From assembly GCA_032718475.1 (NCBI GenBank), contig JAUCBJ010000892.1:1-50231 (forward strand): a stretch of DNA of 50,231 bases, written 5' to 3'. This document shows, piece by piece, positions 1 through 10,800 of this stretch (positions are counted from its first letter, which is position 1; each line of letters starts with the position of its first letter). The notes under the pieces are model-generated. The model was not told the DNA's origin, did no database searches, and saw nothing but the letters and a program-made list of their open reading frames with translations. A program made the translations under genes and the position numbers. Source of the stretch: Nemertoderma westbladi (lineage: Eukaryota > Animalia > Xenacoelomorpha).

Positions 1-26
1 ATAAGTAGGAAACAAATAAGACTCAC

Positions 27-219
27 AATGATAGCGAAAAGCCCCTCTTTTATCTGACGTTCAAAGAAAATGTAAATAACCATAGCAACGAGAGTGTAGA
101 GGAAAGAGAAGACGGCGATGGTGACAAAGAACTGACTACTGGGGGCGAAGTTCCCTGTGAGACATTGATCCCCGTCGATGGAGCAGGTAGGGATCTCCTG
201 GAAACAGGATTCCTTTAAC
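27..219 (-). CDS. SYP: Synaptophysin-family exon (KLKESCFQEIPTCSIDGDQCLTGNFAPSSQFFVTIAVFSFLYTLVAMVIYIFFERQ...); gene continues beyond position 1
   Basis: 193-nt exon, phase 2 in and phase 0 out, consistent with the previous exon; SSQFFVTIAVFSFLY matches physin SAEFFVTVAVFAFLY. Confidence 0.93.
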
Positions 220-583
220 CTACAAAGAGACAGAAACATCAGTACCAGAACCAATAGTATAGGGAATAAATCGGTCTAGAAACGATCTCCTTATGAATTC
301 CATGTGTTGCAAGCGTGAGACCGGGATACTTAATCGAACAACTAAATATAACATTTTGTAGTTTTAGTTTAAGAGTCCGAATGGGCTCCATGGCCTAAGA
401 CCTTTACCGACCTCATTCTGGTTCCCACGTAACCGAACCGGTTAACTGATATAAGGAAATAAGATGAAATTAATGATGATTGAAACAGACCGCATTACTA
501 AAAAAAATTCTTTTTATTCCAATTTAGGATTTTGAAATAATACGCAAATTTGCGAGATATAACATAAAACATTGAAGACTTAC

Positions 584-699
584 TTGAAGGGATAACCAAA
601 GGTAACGTTGGTGGTTGTGTTACCAGTAGCGCAGGTAACGTTGATACCAAGCATCGTACTGTATCCACCGCAGGTAGCGAATGTAAATATTGCTACAAA
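584..699 (-). CDS. SYP: Synaptophysin-family exon (FVAIFTFATCGGYSTMLGINVTCATGNTTTNVTFGYPF)
   Basis: 116-nt exon with AG/GTAAGT boundaries; AIFxFATCGxY and YPF motifs of the synaptophysin MARVEL domain; N-glycosylation sequons in loop 1. Confidence 0.93.
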
Positions 700-1802
700 C
701 TATAATAAACAATAATATTATTATTTATGAATGACGTCCGACTTGCTAAAAAATGGTTATTGTATTAAGAGAGATGGCCGATGGTGTAATACTCTGATAA
801 TAGGCCCATTGCTACAATACAAACAATTACCGGTACACTATTAACTATATATAATTAATAAAAAATTATAAACAACGATTTAAAGTAGACTGTTATCATT
901 ACCCCAAATAATGGTATATAAATATATGATACTTGGGCTCTATCACCACACTACAGACGCCACTTTTTATATGGAAAGCATTCAGTGTTATTTTATTTCG
1001 TTGAGTTGGGATACTTACGTTGTTTTTGTGATGTTTTGTATTTGTATGTACTGACTAGGATATTGGTTTGTTTTTTTGGTTAGGGTTTGTTGAGATATCC
1101 CATGCAGATTTTATGATTCGGTATCTAATTATTTATTTAATTAATTAAATTGGTTCACATTACCCCTTTAGTTTATTGGCAATTGGGTAAAGTGAGCTAC
1201 TGAAATTTTGGAGCTGTTTATGTTTTAGAATATTTTGCGTATATGCTTTTATATTTGGAATCACCGAATCTGTTTTGATTCCGTTGTTTATTTGAATGTA
1301 TGACCCGACCCGAGAGTATTAAGTTAGTGGGCCACTATTATTATGTAGCTTTATTATAATAATTTTGTAATGTTCTAATTGGTAGGCCTATATGTTTATT
1401 TGATGTTTTTCTTTAAACATTAAAAATGGTTCACTTTACCCCCGGAAAATTATTGAATGGTAAAATGGTTTCGGACCTAATTCAAAGGGAAACTCACTTT
1501 GCCTCATGAGTGGGGCAAAGTGAGCTATTCGAGAGATAAAAAAAAGATATAATATATAAATATATATATAAATATAAATATAAAAATATATAATCTGCCT
1601 ATATAATAGTCAAATTATGATTTATTTTTCTGAGGTTGTTTAGAGCAATAATAGAGTGCACAAAGGAATGCATTGTATTTCCTAAATGTGAAAGTAACTA
1701 TTTTTAAAACATGAAAAACTTCCACAAAGTAGCTCACTTCACTTCACCCCAGTTCTGCAGTTTACCCTATACTATTAGGCCTACCGTAGTAAAGAAACTT
1801 AC

Positions 1803-1868
1803 AAATTCCAAAATTTTAATAAATCCTCTTGGCTCCTTCAACACCCTCATGTTTGCATCAGATGTAAG
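1803..1868 (-). CDS. SYP: Synaptophysin-family exon (LTSDANMRVLKEPRGFIKILEF)
   Basis: 66-nt exon bounded by ttttag and gtaagt; matches the physin N-terminal motif (vertebrate FRVVKEPLGFVKVLQW). Confidence 0.9.
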
Positions 1869-2833
1869 CTAAAATAACAAAAATACAAGAGTATTAGGTA
1901 GGTCCTAACAGTATATAGTTACTATTTCTGTATTCTGGTATTTGCAGATTTAACTGTTTGGTTTGTCACTCACTTTCAGAGTTTGTGTTACCGGTAAATG
2001 TAAGTAAACTGGTAAAAGTCCAGAAGTCATCACAAAGACCCAAAACCCAGCCTGACCAGCTGTCCTGTCAGTCTGTGATTGTGGTTTCAGGTTACCTTCT
2101 TTCTTACATCACATCCTGCATTCTGTTATGACATCAGTCACATTCACATTACACATTCAGACATTGACATAGGCTGATAGGGCCAATATGACTGACTGGC
2201 ATATCTCTGCCTAGGTGGGTATTAGTAAATCCAGTCCAAATCCGATATGATGGGATGGTATGGTACAAGCATGTGACATTTGACATTTTGGCGCAATTCG
2301 AATTGCTAGAGTGCTAGCGCTAGGTCAGTAGGTATAGGGCCTACCTACCACGCTTATCAGCTTATGCTGTATGCTGCTGCTTCACGTGGCACTCCTGCAC
2401 TCCTCGCTCCGCACTCTACATACCCATAGGCTGATAGGTACCGGTAGTCCTACTTAACAGCTTAACTAGGCCTACCGGTAGCCTATTACTGTAGGTATTA
2501 CAGTAATGTATTATTGTTAGCGAAAATAAGATATGACTGGGATAAGGGTGGGATTAGGCATAGGTACTAATATATAGCCTATATACAGATATATATATAA
2601 ATATATAATACAGTAATATATACAGATATAGGGCCTAGTACTAATAACTCCGGTACAGGACCGGCTGGCCCATGCAGCCATGGCCGGTAACATGGTTGGT
2701 AACCCAACCTGCCAACCGGCTGACCGGTATCAAACTGCAGAACTGTCAGTCAGCTAGTATCAAACTGAAAACCTATACTGCTCTACCTTTAGTCCATACA
2801 GTCCATAGTCACAGAGTCAACTTCTGAACTTAC

Positions 2834-2848
2834 CCTCTGAACCTCCAT
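2834..2848 (-). CDS. SYP: Synaptophysin-family gene, putative first coding exon (MEVQR)
   Basis: ATG at 2848 followed by 15 nt and a strong AGG|GTAAGT donor; phase 0 joins the next exon. Very short, so less certain than the other exons. Confidence 0.6.
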
Positions 2849-3571
2849 GACCAATTAACTGATTAATGAATGATGTTCCGGCAGTCCGGAGACAAGCGTA
2901 CAACTGTACAAGGCAGCCAGGAGCACAGTAATTGTTCGTTTTCTCTGTTTCTTCTGATCTGCTGATAGTGGATAATCAGAGATAATTATACTATACAGTA
3001 CTATATTGTATATACCGTTCTGCCGTTACCGTACTGCTATAGGCCTACCGGTACCAGTACACAGTTATATTCAGTGGTCAGACAGCAGACAGGCAGACAG
3101 TGCACAGTGAGCAACTACAGAACTATTGAATGCATAACGGAGGAACCTCTCTACAGCTCTAGGAACGGCAGAACGGAGAGTTTCATCATTACTGTAAGAA
3201 TTGGTCCTGGCTGGCTGGCTGGCTGACTGATCTACAGCCAAATAACTACTCTAACGATTTTGATGAAATGTTTACAGCGGCTGGCTGACCGGATTCTAAA
3301 GGTCCCTGGCATGATCGGCTACTAGCCTCTGGGCTCGAAAAATAAACGTTAACGAAAAAACGCCATAGGGGCAATGAGAAAAACACCAGCTATGGCACTC
3401 ATGAAAAATGGATAGAGATTGCCTAGTAATGCTATTCAATAGAGGAAGGGCCAAATAATTACAACTGAATCTCAACTCAACTCGAGTGAGAGTAGCTCGT
3501 ACTTTCGTATTGTTTGTACAAAGACAAACAAACCTCGTCTGTCATACACTCATACAGTACACAGAGTGTAA

Positions 3572-4517
3572 AGCCCTGTTTATACTTCGTCTGAAGATAT
3601 CATCTGACACGTCTGTGGCACGTCTGCGTCAGACACCATCAGATATGCTTCAGTGTCTGAGGTCTGTGGCGTCTGTCGCGTGTCTGATACTGTCTGCGTG
3701 TCTGATACTGTCTGCCACAGTCATACCGCACCGACACACACGTCACAGACATGCTCAGCAATGTCTGTGACAGACACAACTACGTCTGTGGCGTTATATA
3801 ATAAATGATTTAAAAAAAATATGACTGATATCAGACACATGAAGTGGGGCCGTCGCGCTGCACATGACAGTAACTTATGTTAAGTGTCAAATCAAACAGT
3901 CAAAATAATTATATAAGAAATTCAAAGCAGATGTCCCATATTCACTTTTACCACCTAGAGGCAGACTGGGTAACTAGGGATAAGACCTCACAAAAACTCA
4001 GTCTGAAGTCTAGAATGTGTCAGGTAACAATCAGGAAGAAAGGATTACAAACAATAATAGAAAATGGCTGAAGGTTTTCATTTCAGACATTTAAAAAATG
4101 TTTTAATTTCATACCACTAGCGGTAGACTTGAGAACTGCCTAGGGATTACTGTCCCCACAAAGACGCAGACATACCCTATGGTATGTGTATCTGCGTGTA
4201 GCACGTGTAGCGCGTGTAGCACGTGTATCTTGAAACGGATAACAAAACTTTTTATTATTATTGGAGTTAACAAGAAATGAAATGGGCATGTCTGAGGCAG
4301 ATATAACGATAATAACGATATAAACGATAAGGTACAGTATAAACGATAATGTCTGATGTCAGATGTCTCTCTCTTGTCTGTGTCTAGCAAATGTCTGATG
4401 ATTTCTTACATCACACATCAGACACCGCCGGATTTTAGATAAGTCTGTCATCAGACTGTCTGAGTCTGAGCTCAGACACTTGTCTGACATCAGACGAAGT
4501 ACAGTATAACCGGGGCT
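3572..4517. mobile_element. PIF/Harbinger-like MITE
   Basis: Imperfect TIRs AGCCCTGTTTATACT / AGTATAACCGGGGCT, TAA on both sides (3569-3571, 4518-4520), many subterminal GTCTG/CAGAC motifs, no real ORF. Confidence 0.7.
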
Positions 4518-4699
4518 TAAGGCAAAGAACAATTACACCATCTGGTTTGGCAACTAAATTACATTGTCCTAATGGCCTTGTAATGCTATTCAATAGAGGA
4601 AGGGCCAACTAACAAGGAAGTACTTTCTGTGCCAAGTAGTATCCTCACTCTACAACCCAGACAATAGCAAACATTAACTGGGTTAGCTATAGCTGGTTA

Positions 4700-5142
4700 T
4701 TACAGCCTCAGTGTGTGTTTCTAATGTACAGTATTACCCCATAAGCTGATTGCTCTCCCAGTGCTTCCTATGACTTATACTTGGCCAACATTAATTACCT
4801 TCCCAGTCAAGCCAGAGGGAATCTCGCTTATGTAACTTATACTGCGCCGTTCAAAAAGCTGTATGATTTAACAATAACTGCGTAGGTCACTCACTTATTC
4901 GACCGATAGAATCTCAGTATACCGAGGCATTAGCTGCGGCATTACGTGTGAGGCCTAAAGTGTGTCGTGATCCGTTATTCATAGAGTCAGGTGTGTCGGA
5001 TCCATAGAGTGCTATCCGGAAGCGCCAGAGAGACTTCCTTTGCAGGATCTTAGAGGATAAGAGCCTACACAGGCCACTCTTTTTTGTCCTGGATCGCTGT
5101 ATACTTGAACGGACTCCAATGGGAGTCGCGGTTGAGAAGTTG
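4700..5142 (+). pseudogene. Degraded non-LTR retrotransposon ORF2 3' region, left part (split by the copia insertion)
   Basis: Residual peptide ALRVRPKVCRDPLFIESGVS resembles post-RT LINE motifs; continues after the copia TSD at 10376. Confidence 0.5.
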
Positions 5143-5147
5143 CTATT

Positions 5148-5231
5148 TGTTATATGTGAATAATAATCAGTTTGATCGAGTTATTATATTACAGTTTAAC
5201 CGTCATCCAGGTACTGTCTACAGTATTAACA
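5148..5231 (-). repeat. 3' LTR (84 bp)
   Basis: TGTTATATGTGAAT...CAGTATTAACA, identical to 10287-10370. Confidence 0.97.
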
Positions 5232-5253
5232 ATCTTCCGTTTCTTTCCTTTTT
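5232..5253 (-). promoter_or_regulatory. Polypurine tract
   Basis: Minus strand reads AAAAAGGAAAGAAACGGAAGAT immediately before the 3' LTR. Confidence 0.85.
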
Positions 5254-5411
5254 AGTTTGTTCCACAAATAAATTCTAACTATAAAAAAAACTATTCTGGC
5301 CATAAGTCAATTATGGTCTTAAGTTTCAACTTGTACAAATACAAATCGGATAGTCATTCAATTAGTTACTTTCAGTTTGTTACATTCATTGAAATTTATG
5401 CTATCGGCTTG

Positions 5412-8400
5412 TCAAACATGACCAGTTAGATTTTCCAAAAGCTCATACATCACAAACGGGTCGTTCAATATGCGTTTTAATAAAACAACGGACTGACTTT
5501 TTGCTTTGGTCAGTGTATCAGCAATCTGCAACTTTGTTGGAATCCATTTCAGTTTTTTAATATCAACCACGAGTTCTTTAATAAATGCAAAGTCAATTGC
5601 CAGTCGTTTCTCTATCGGAATCTTCCCATTATATAAATCCTGAACCAATCCTTTGTGATCGGAGTAAAAATGACAATCAATTAGATCAGATCGCAATATA
5701 GACTTCATAAACATCTGAATATATCGACCCATATCGACACCCTCTACCAGGGCAAACGTCTCGGCAGATAATGTACTTTTAGTAACACGCCGACAACAAC
5801 GGCTAGCCCAATATAACAAATAATGTCCCCAGAAAATATAGATAGCTAAGCGAGACGGGTTACCAAACGAAGAATCAACGAATATATAAAGATTAGGAAT
5901 TGTTGAACGCACTGCTTCGGGAGGATCTGCGGTTTCTGGATGGTAATATTTCAATATAACCTTTTCAGACTTTATCTTCCTTACTGTTTTGTTTAATAAC
6001 GCGATATCGTCCGCGTTTGGAGAGTTAATCTGAGATAAACTCCCTACAATAAATCCGATATCTGGTCTAGTGTTTGTTGAAACCCACATTAGCTTCCCCA
6101 ATGTTGATTTGAAATATGATTTGCACGATAACTCACTATCTTTGTCAATAACCTCAAAATCAATGCCTTCAATATACTGTTCTTGTGATATTTCATAACT
6201 ACCATTATCTAGCTGGCGAATGCATACTCCCAGAAACTTAGTCCATGTATCTTTGATTCGCCGGACTTTACCCACTTTCAACAAATGTGCAATGCCTTCA
6301 CGAACCTTAGGAAGACCATTCACACCACCTATGAGAAGGTCATCAACGTGTGTTGCTATCATACCAACAAGTCTATCATGTTCATCATAATTTGTATACA
6401 ACGCTGGATCAAATTGGTTTTGAAAGTTACCCAGTACAAACAGCTCTTCCTGCAACTTATGATACCAATACCTACAGGCATCCTGTAACCCATAGACGGC
6501 TTTATTTAATTTCCAGAATACATTCGCAGCTTTGATTTCTTTTGATTTGGTGCTTAATTTGTTTATGTACTCTGGAGGTGGTACAGCATAAATAACTCGA
6601 TCACTTTCAAAGTTATTACTCTGAAGAAAGGCCGTTTTAATATCAATGACCCACAAATCCCACTTAAATAAAGAAGCCATGGATAACAGAGTTCGTATCG
6701 ATGTCTTGTCACAAGTTGGCGAAAATGAGATTGGATCTTCTTTATCCTGAAATCCTTTAACTACCAAACGGGCCTTTGTAAATTTTATACCTTCCACATC
6801 TTTCTCCGTAATAACCCAGCGAGTCTGAACAATATTAGCTTTACTAGGAACTTCATAGACTTCCGTATATACATCATTCTGCAGCCAGTTTAACAGTTCC
6901 TGTTCCTTGGCTGCCTCAGTGTCTAGCAAAGGTGTAGGTCTTTGTTCGCCAAAATAACCATAGAACTCTGGCGGTTTGCGCTCTCTTGTAGGATATTTCG
7001 AAGAAACTTCCGAAAGAATTGGTTCTTCCATGACCTCACAATTATCAATACTAGTCGATTCCATAGACGGCATCATTGCGTCATCGTAATTAGCACTGGA
7101 CGCATTCAAATCGTCAGAGTATGACTCAGAAGTTGAACCATTGGGATTGACTTGTTTGACTTTATTTATCGCCGGTAATTCTTCTGGATCAGAAGTGCCA
7201 ACACTTCCTGAGTGGCTATAATCTTCAACTATCATGTCTGTGTCTTCGGTTTCTTTGAACTCACTTCCAAATCCCAGTTTGGCACTATCGTGTAGCTTAA
7301 TTTTTGATCTATGACAACGGATATAGCGAGAGCCATGACCAACAAGTATTTCCGAACCTTTAACAGCAACAACCTTCGCTGGACCACACCACTTGCCCGC
7401 AGTGTTATAATAATATACTGCATCTCCATTGACAACCTCACTATTAGATGGTCGTATGTTTCTTTGTAATGCTCTACGAACCCGACTAGAAGCATCCGAT
7501 TTTGCAAATTGTTCCCTCACATCATTCAACAAAGCGATATGTTCAATAACAGATTTGCTAACTGATTGTGAATTATCTAAAGCACATAAGTTGTCCGTCA
7601 AAACTCCTCCTATATTCGGGCCCCTGCCAAACATTATTTGGTGTGGAGAAAAGCCATTATGATTTGGCCAAGCATTCTTTACAAACGTAGCCATAGTTAA
7701 TATTTTATAATCAGAATAGCTCTGATTATCCGATTTTATTCGACAATATATATCCTTAATTAAACCATTATGTCTCTCCGTTATTCCGTTGCTGAATGGA
7801 GAGTATGGTGCCGTAACATCATGTGTCATATTAAGCTTATTGCACAACTCAGTAAAGCTTATAGCAACGAACTCGCCACCATTATCTGTGAAGACTGATT
7901 TGTTAGGTGGACCAAAAATAGAACACCATTTATCCAATAATGCACTCTGAACACTTGTGGACAATTTATTTGGCAGTATCATTGTCATACTATAGCGAGA
8001 GAATAAGTCTACAACGTGAAGAACAGGCTTACCATGGCTATAATTCAACTCTTCCATAAAAAATAAATCTAAACCGATAATATCGTTACATGTTTTGCCA
8101 AGAGGCAGTGAAACAATTGGATTAGATGGTTTTCTTCTTCCATGTATTTTACATTCAGCACAATCCTTCATTACTTCATCAACAAAAGTTATATAGGACT
8201 CACCAACAAACAAGCCAGACTGTTCGATCAGCTTAATTAGCGTTTGTTTCGACGGATGAGCGAACTGTTTATGAAGTTTCAGAATCTCCTTATATGATAA
8301 CTGCAATTGAGATTTCGGATTCTGCAATTTCCCACGTTCGGTTTCACTAGAATCGATGCGATTATCACCGTTGTCAGCTCTTTTATCAGCTGTATCTGTG

Positions 8401-9827
8401 ATTAATGCAGTATTAATAAGCCTTTCACCTGGAATTAGTGGAATCGCACAGTGACCAGATATTAACTCAACAAGTTGCACTGCTGATCCATTAATTGTTG
8501 CAATATTTGCCGAAATATCTAGCATTACCTGAAGTTTGGCCATTGTTGGTCGAGAGAGTAGTAGTGGCAATGATCCCTCTATAACGTCAACAGATATTTT
8601 ATATGTAATATCATTAACCGGAATATCAAGAATATAGTTCTGTTTTGCAATCTTTTCTTCTCCACCGCCGAATATATATACTGAATAAGTGGTACGAGAA
8701 GAAGGATTTACATTGAATATAGCCTTATAAGTTTCAAGCCATTCAGTTCCAGAAACAGTCTTCGTGCAAGCAGTGTCCAAAATGGCATAAATGTCAGTTG
8801 TTTTTCTAATGAAGTTATTAGTTTTCTTGGTCGGTTTTGCAAGAAACACGCTATTTTTAAACAGATGTTTAAGAAAGTAAACATTTCGTTCATTATCTCC
8901 AGAATCTTCTCTACACCCAATGAGCATCTTTTCATTATCAGATTCTGATTCATTATGCGGACAGAGATCATCTGTATGGAGTACAGACTCACATACATTA
9001 CATTGAGATTTATGGGGACAATCCCGTTGAAAGTGATATATCGAATCGCAGACTCGGCAGCGGTTGTTTTTATTAGGGCCCTTGACATTTGAATTAGTAA
9101 ATGGTAAAGGTAGTTTGCTGGTGTTTATCGAGTTTGGCTTAAACGATCTACCGGTGCCAGTACCTAGGTTGGATTTGGATTGAAAACGTGACGGTTTCTT
9201 ATTCCTAAAATTAGCCTCAAAAGCAATTTCAGTTTTTAGTTCTTCGGAATCAAATCTCGATTCATCGGTGCCTAACTTGGAATTACCAGATCCAATATCC
9301 GACATCATTCTCAAAATATGTCGTTTCACGTCATTAAATTCAAGTTTAGCAGTTGCCAAAATCATTTTGCGCTCACTATTACTTAAATTGGATTTATGTA
9401 TCAATTCGGCCGCCAAAATAGAATCGTCAAACGTACGACCAAATTCTTTTAGGTTACTCACCATACTCTCGAATTTTATCACAAAGTCACGCACATTTTC
9501 ATTGGAATTTCGACAAAAATTCCGAAATATAACAAAATTGTTGTAGGCATCTTCCTCTTTTTCTTTTAAAAACGTTTCATCCAATTGTCTAATAAGAGAA
9601 GCTAAACCGCCATCCACCGCTAATGCGGGAACGTCTAAATCCAAAGCTTTATCTTTGGCAACACCACGAAGATTAAGAATTACTGTAGCTGCTTGTTTCG
9701 CCGCTGAAGTTTCTGTTATCGATTCCCAAACTAAGATTTCTTTCTTCCACCGACGATAGTTTGGATTCTTTCCAGATGGATCAAATACGGGAGGTGGTAT
9801 ACGATTTGAATTATTACCCGTTGCCAT
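5412..9827 (-). CDS. Copia gag-pol polyprotein (1471 aa)
   Basis: Two CX2CX4HX4C knuckles, protease ILDTAC, integrase HHCC plus DLF..TDNGGEF..NGITER, RT KARLVVKGF/DIKTAFL/YGLQDA/HVDD, RNase H DSS..AE..SD..ADTLTK. Confidence 0.97.
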   Translation of the reverse strand: MATGNNSNRIPPPVFDPSGKNPNYRRWKKEILVWESITETSAAKQAATVILNLRGVAKDKALDLDVPALAVDGGLASLIRQLDETFLKEKEEDAYNNFVIFRNFCRNSNENVRDFVIKFESMVSNLKEFGRTFDDSILAAELIHKSNLSNSERKMILATAKLEFNDVKRHILRMMSDIGSGNSKLGTDESRFDSEELKTEIAFEANFRNKKPSRFQSKSNLGTGTGRSFKPNSINTSKLPLPFTNSNVKGPNKNNRCRVCDSIYHFQRDCPHKSQCNVCESVLHTDDLCPHNESESDNEKMLIGCREDSGDNERNVYFLKHLFKNSVFLAKPTKKTNNFIRKTTDIYAILDTACTKTVSGTEWLETYKAIFNVNPSSRTTYSVYIFGGGEEKIAKQNYILDIPVNDITYKISVDVIEGSLPLLLSRPTMAKLQVMLDISANIATINGSAVQLVELISGHCAIPLIPGERLINTALITDTADKRADNGDNRIDSSETERGKLQNPKSQLQLSYKEILKLHKQFAHPSKQTLIKLIEQSGLFVGESYITFVDEVMKDCAECKIHGRRKPSNPIVSLPLGKTCNDIIGLDLFFMEELNYSHGKPVLHVVDLFSRYSMTMILPNKLSTSVQSALLDKWCSIFGPPNKSVFTDNGGEFVAISFTELCNKLNMTHDVTAPYSPFSNGITERHNGLIKDIYCRIKSDNQSYSDYKILTMATFVKNAWPNHNGFSPHQIMFGRGPNIGGVLTDNLCALDNSQSVSKSVIEHIALLNDVREQFAKSDASSRVRRALQRNIRPSNSEVVNGDAVYYYNTAGKWCGPAKVVAVKGSEILVGHGSRYIRCHRSKIKLHDSAKLGFGSEFKETEDTDMIVEDYSHSGSVGTSDPEELPAINKVKQVNPNGSTSESYSDDLNASSANYDDAMMPSMESTSIDNCEVMEEPILSEVSSKYPTRERKPPEFYGYFGEQRPTPLLDTEAAKEQELLNWLQNDVYTEVYEVPSKANIVQTRWVITEKDVEGIKFTKARLVVKGFQDKEDPISFSPTCDKTSIRTLLSMASLFKWDLWVIDIKTAFLQSNNFESDRVIYAVPPPEYINKLSTKSKEIKAANVFWKLNKAVYGLQDACRYWYHKLQEELFVLGNFQNQFDPALYTNYDEHDRLVGMIATHVDDLLIGGVNGLPKVREGIAHLLKVGKVRRIKDTWTKFLGVCIRQLDNGSYEISQEQYIEGIDFEVIDKDSELSCKSYFKSTLGKLMWVSTNTRPDIGFIVGSLSQINSPNADDIALLNKTVRKIKSEKVILKYYHPETADPPEAVRSTIPNLYIFVDSSFGNPSRLAIYIFWGHYLLYWASRCCRRVTKSTLSAETFALVEGVDMGRYIQMFMKSILRSDLIDCHFYSDHKGLVQDLYNGKIPIEKRLAIDFAFIKELVVDIKKLKWIPTKLQIADTLTKAKSQSVVLLKRILNDPFVMYELLENLTGHV

Positions 9828-10274
9828 ATTCTGATTACAGGATTGCCGTTAATCGTAGTATGTAACCAGAAACACCTTGTCTGCAGTCACCGGTACGGTA
9901 GGCCTAGCACCTAGGCCTATACAATCAGACGGTACGGATCAACTGGCACTGTCGTTTCGTAGGAATTATCAGTGAGGTTGACAGGTTAAAATGTACCGGT
10001 ACGGTACCGTAGGCTACCGTACAGAAGTTTCAGAATGCCAGAAATCCTTGCGAAAAATTGATTCTCACAATACCGATAGGCCTACCGGTAAATAATTAAG
10101 AAAGCGTCATCACGCCAGATCCGCCATCACGGAATTGAGGTTAAACGTTAAACGTCGAACTGGAGCGCCATCACGCCTGCGCCATCACGCAGAATTCAAA
10201 TGTACCGTCAGACCGTAAAAACTTGCGCCGTCACGCCTGCGCCATCACGCATTTAAACCGTAATAAAGTGTAAG

Positions 10275-10285
10275 CTCTGCTACCA
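10275..10285 (-). promoter_or_regulatory. Primer binding site complementary to initiator tRNA-Met 3' end
   Basis: Minus strand TGGTAGCAGAG, one base inside the 5' LTR boundary. Confidence 0.9.
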
Positions 10286-10286
10286 T

Positions 10287-10370
10287 TGTTATATGTGAAT
10301 AATAATCAGTTTGATCGAGTTATTATATTACAGTTTAACCGTCATCCAGGTACTGTCTACAGTATTAACA
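10287..10370 (-). repeat. 5' LTR (84 bp)
   Basis: Identical to 5148-5231; followed by TSD CTATT. Confidence 0.97.
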
Positions 10371-10375
10371 CTATT

Positions 10376-10800
10376 AAGCCAGGGGGATCCCGTCATAAAC
10401 TCATTCTGCACTACAGGGTATGAGAATTAATATCCGACGTTCTACCGCAACTGACTCCACCAAACGTAAACTCTACCTTCTGTATAACCCTACACTATCA
10501 CATCCACCTTACTGCAAACGGGGTTACAACATTCCAGAACGGAGTAGGATCGCTCTATCCCGATTTCCGCTCGGTAGCACCTCCTTGGCTGTGGAGCTAG
10601 GGAGGTGGAAGAGGAGCGCCGTATTTGCAGGTGTGGGCTTATACAATCGGAGGAGCATGTGCTTCTGAATTGTGTTTTAGTGACTAGGCCTCCTTCACTC
10701 TCGTTTACAACCGTAGAATCCCTAATGATTGTAACTACTGTAGTAAGGAAGAGTTAGTGACCCTGTCAAACTTCATTTATAGTGTGCTTGAAATCTACAT
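10376..10800 (+). pseudogene. Degraded LINE ORF2 C-terminus, right part
   Basis: RIALSRFPLGSTSLAVELGRW resembles the RxRLSSHxLxIETGRW motif at LINE ORF2 ends; followed by an AT-rich tail. Confidence 0.6.

Larger units (their letters stand above)
5148..10370 (-). mobile_element. Full-length Ty1/copia LTR retrotransposon, GalEa-like
   Basis: Two identical 84-bp TG..CA LTRs, 5-bp TSD CTATT (5143-5147 and 10371-10375), tRNA-iMet PBS, PPT, one uninterrupted gag-pol ORF in PR-IN-RT-RH order. Confidence 0.97.

Noticed and set aside
3486-4390. ORFs of 64-94 aa
   Set aside because: They lie within the Harbinger-like MITE and reflect its GTCTG repeats.
6285-9546. Short ORFs overlapping the copia polyprotein
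   Set aside because: Shadow frames with no independent support.
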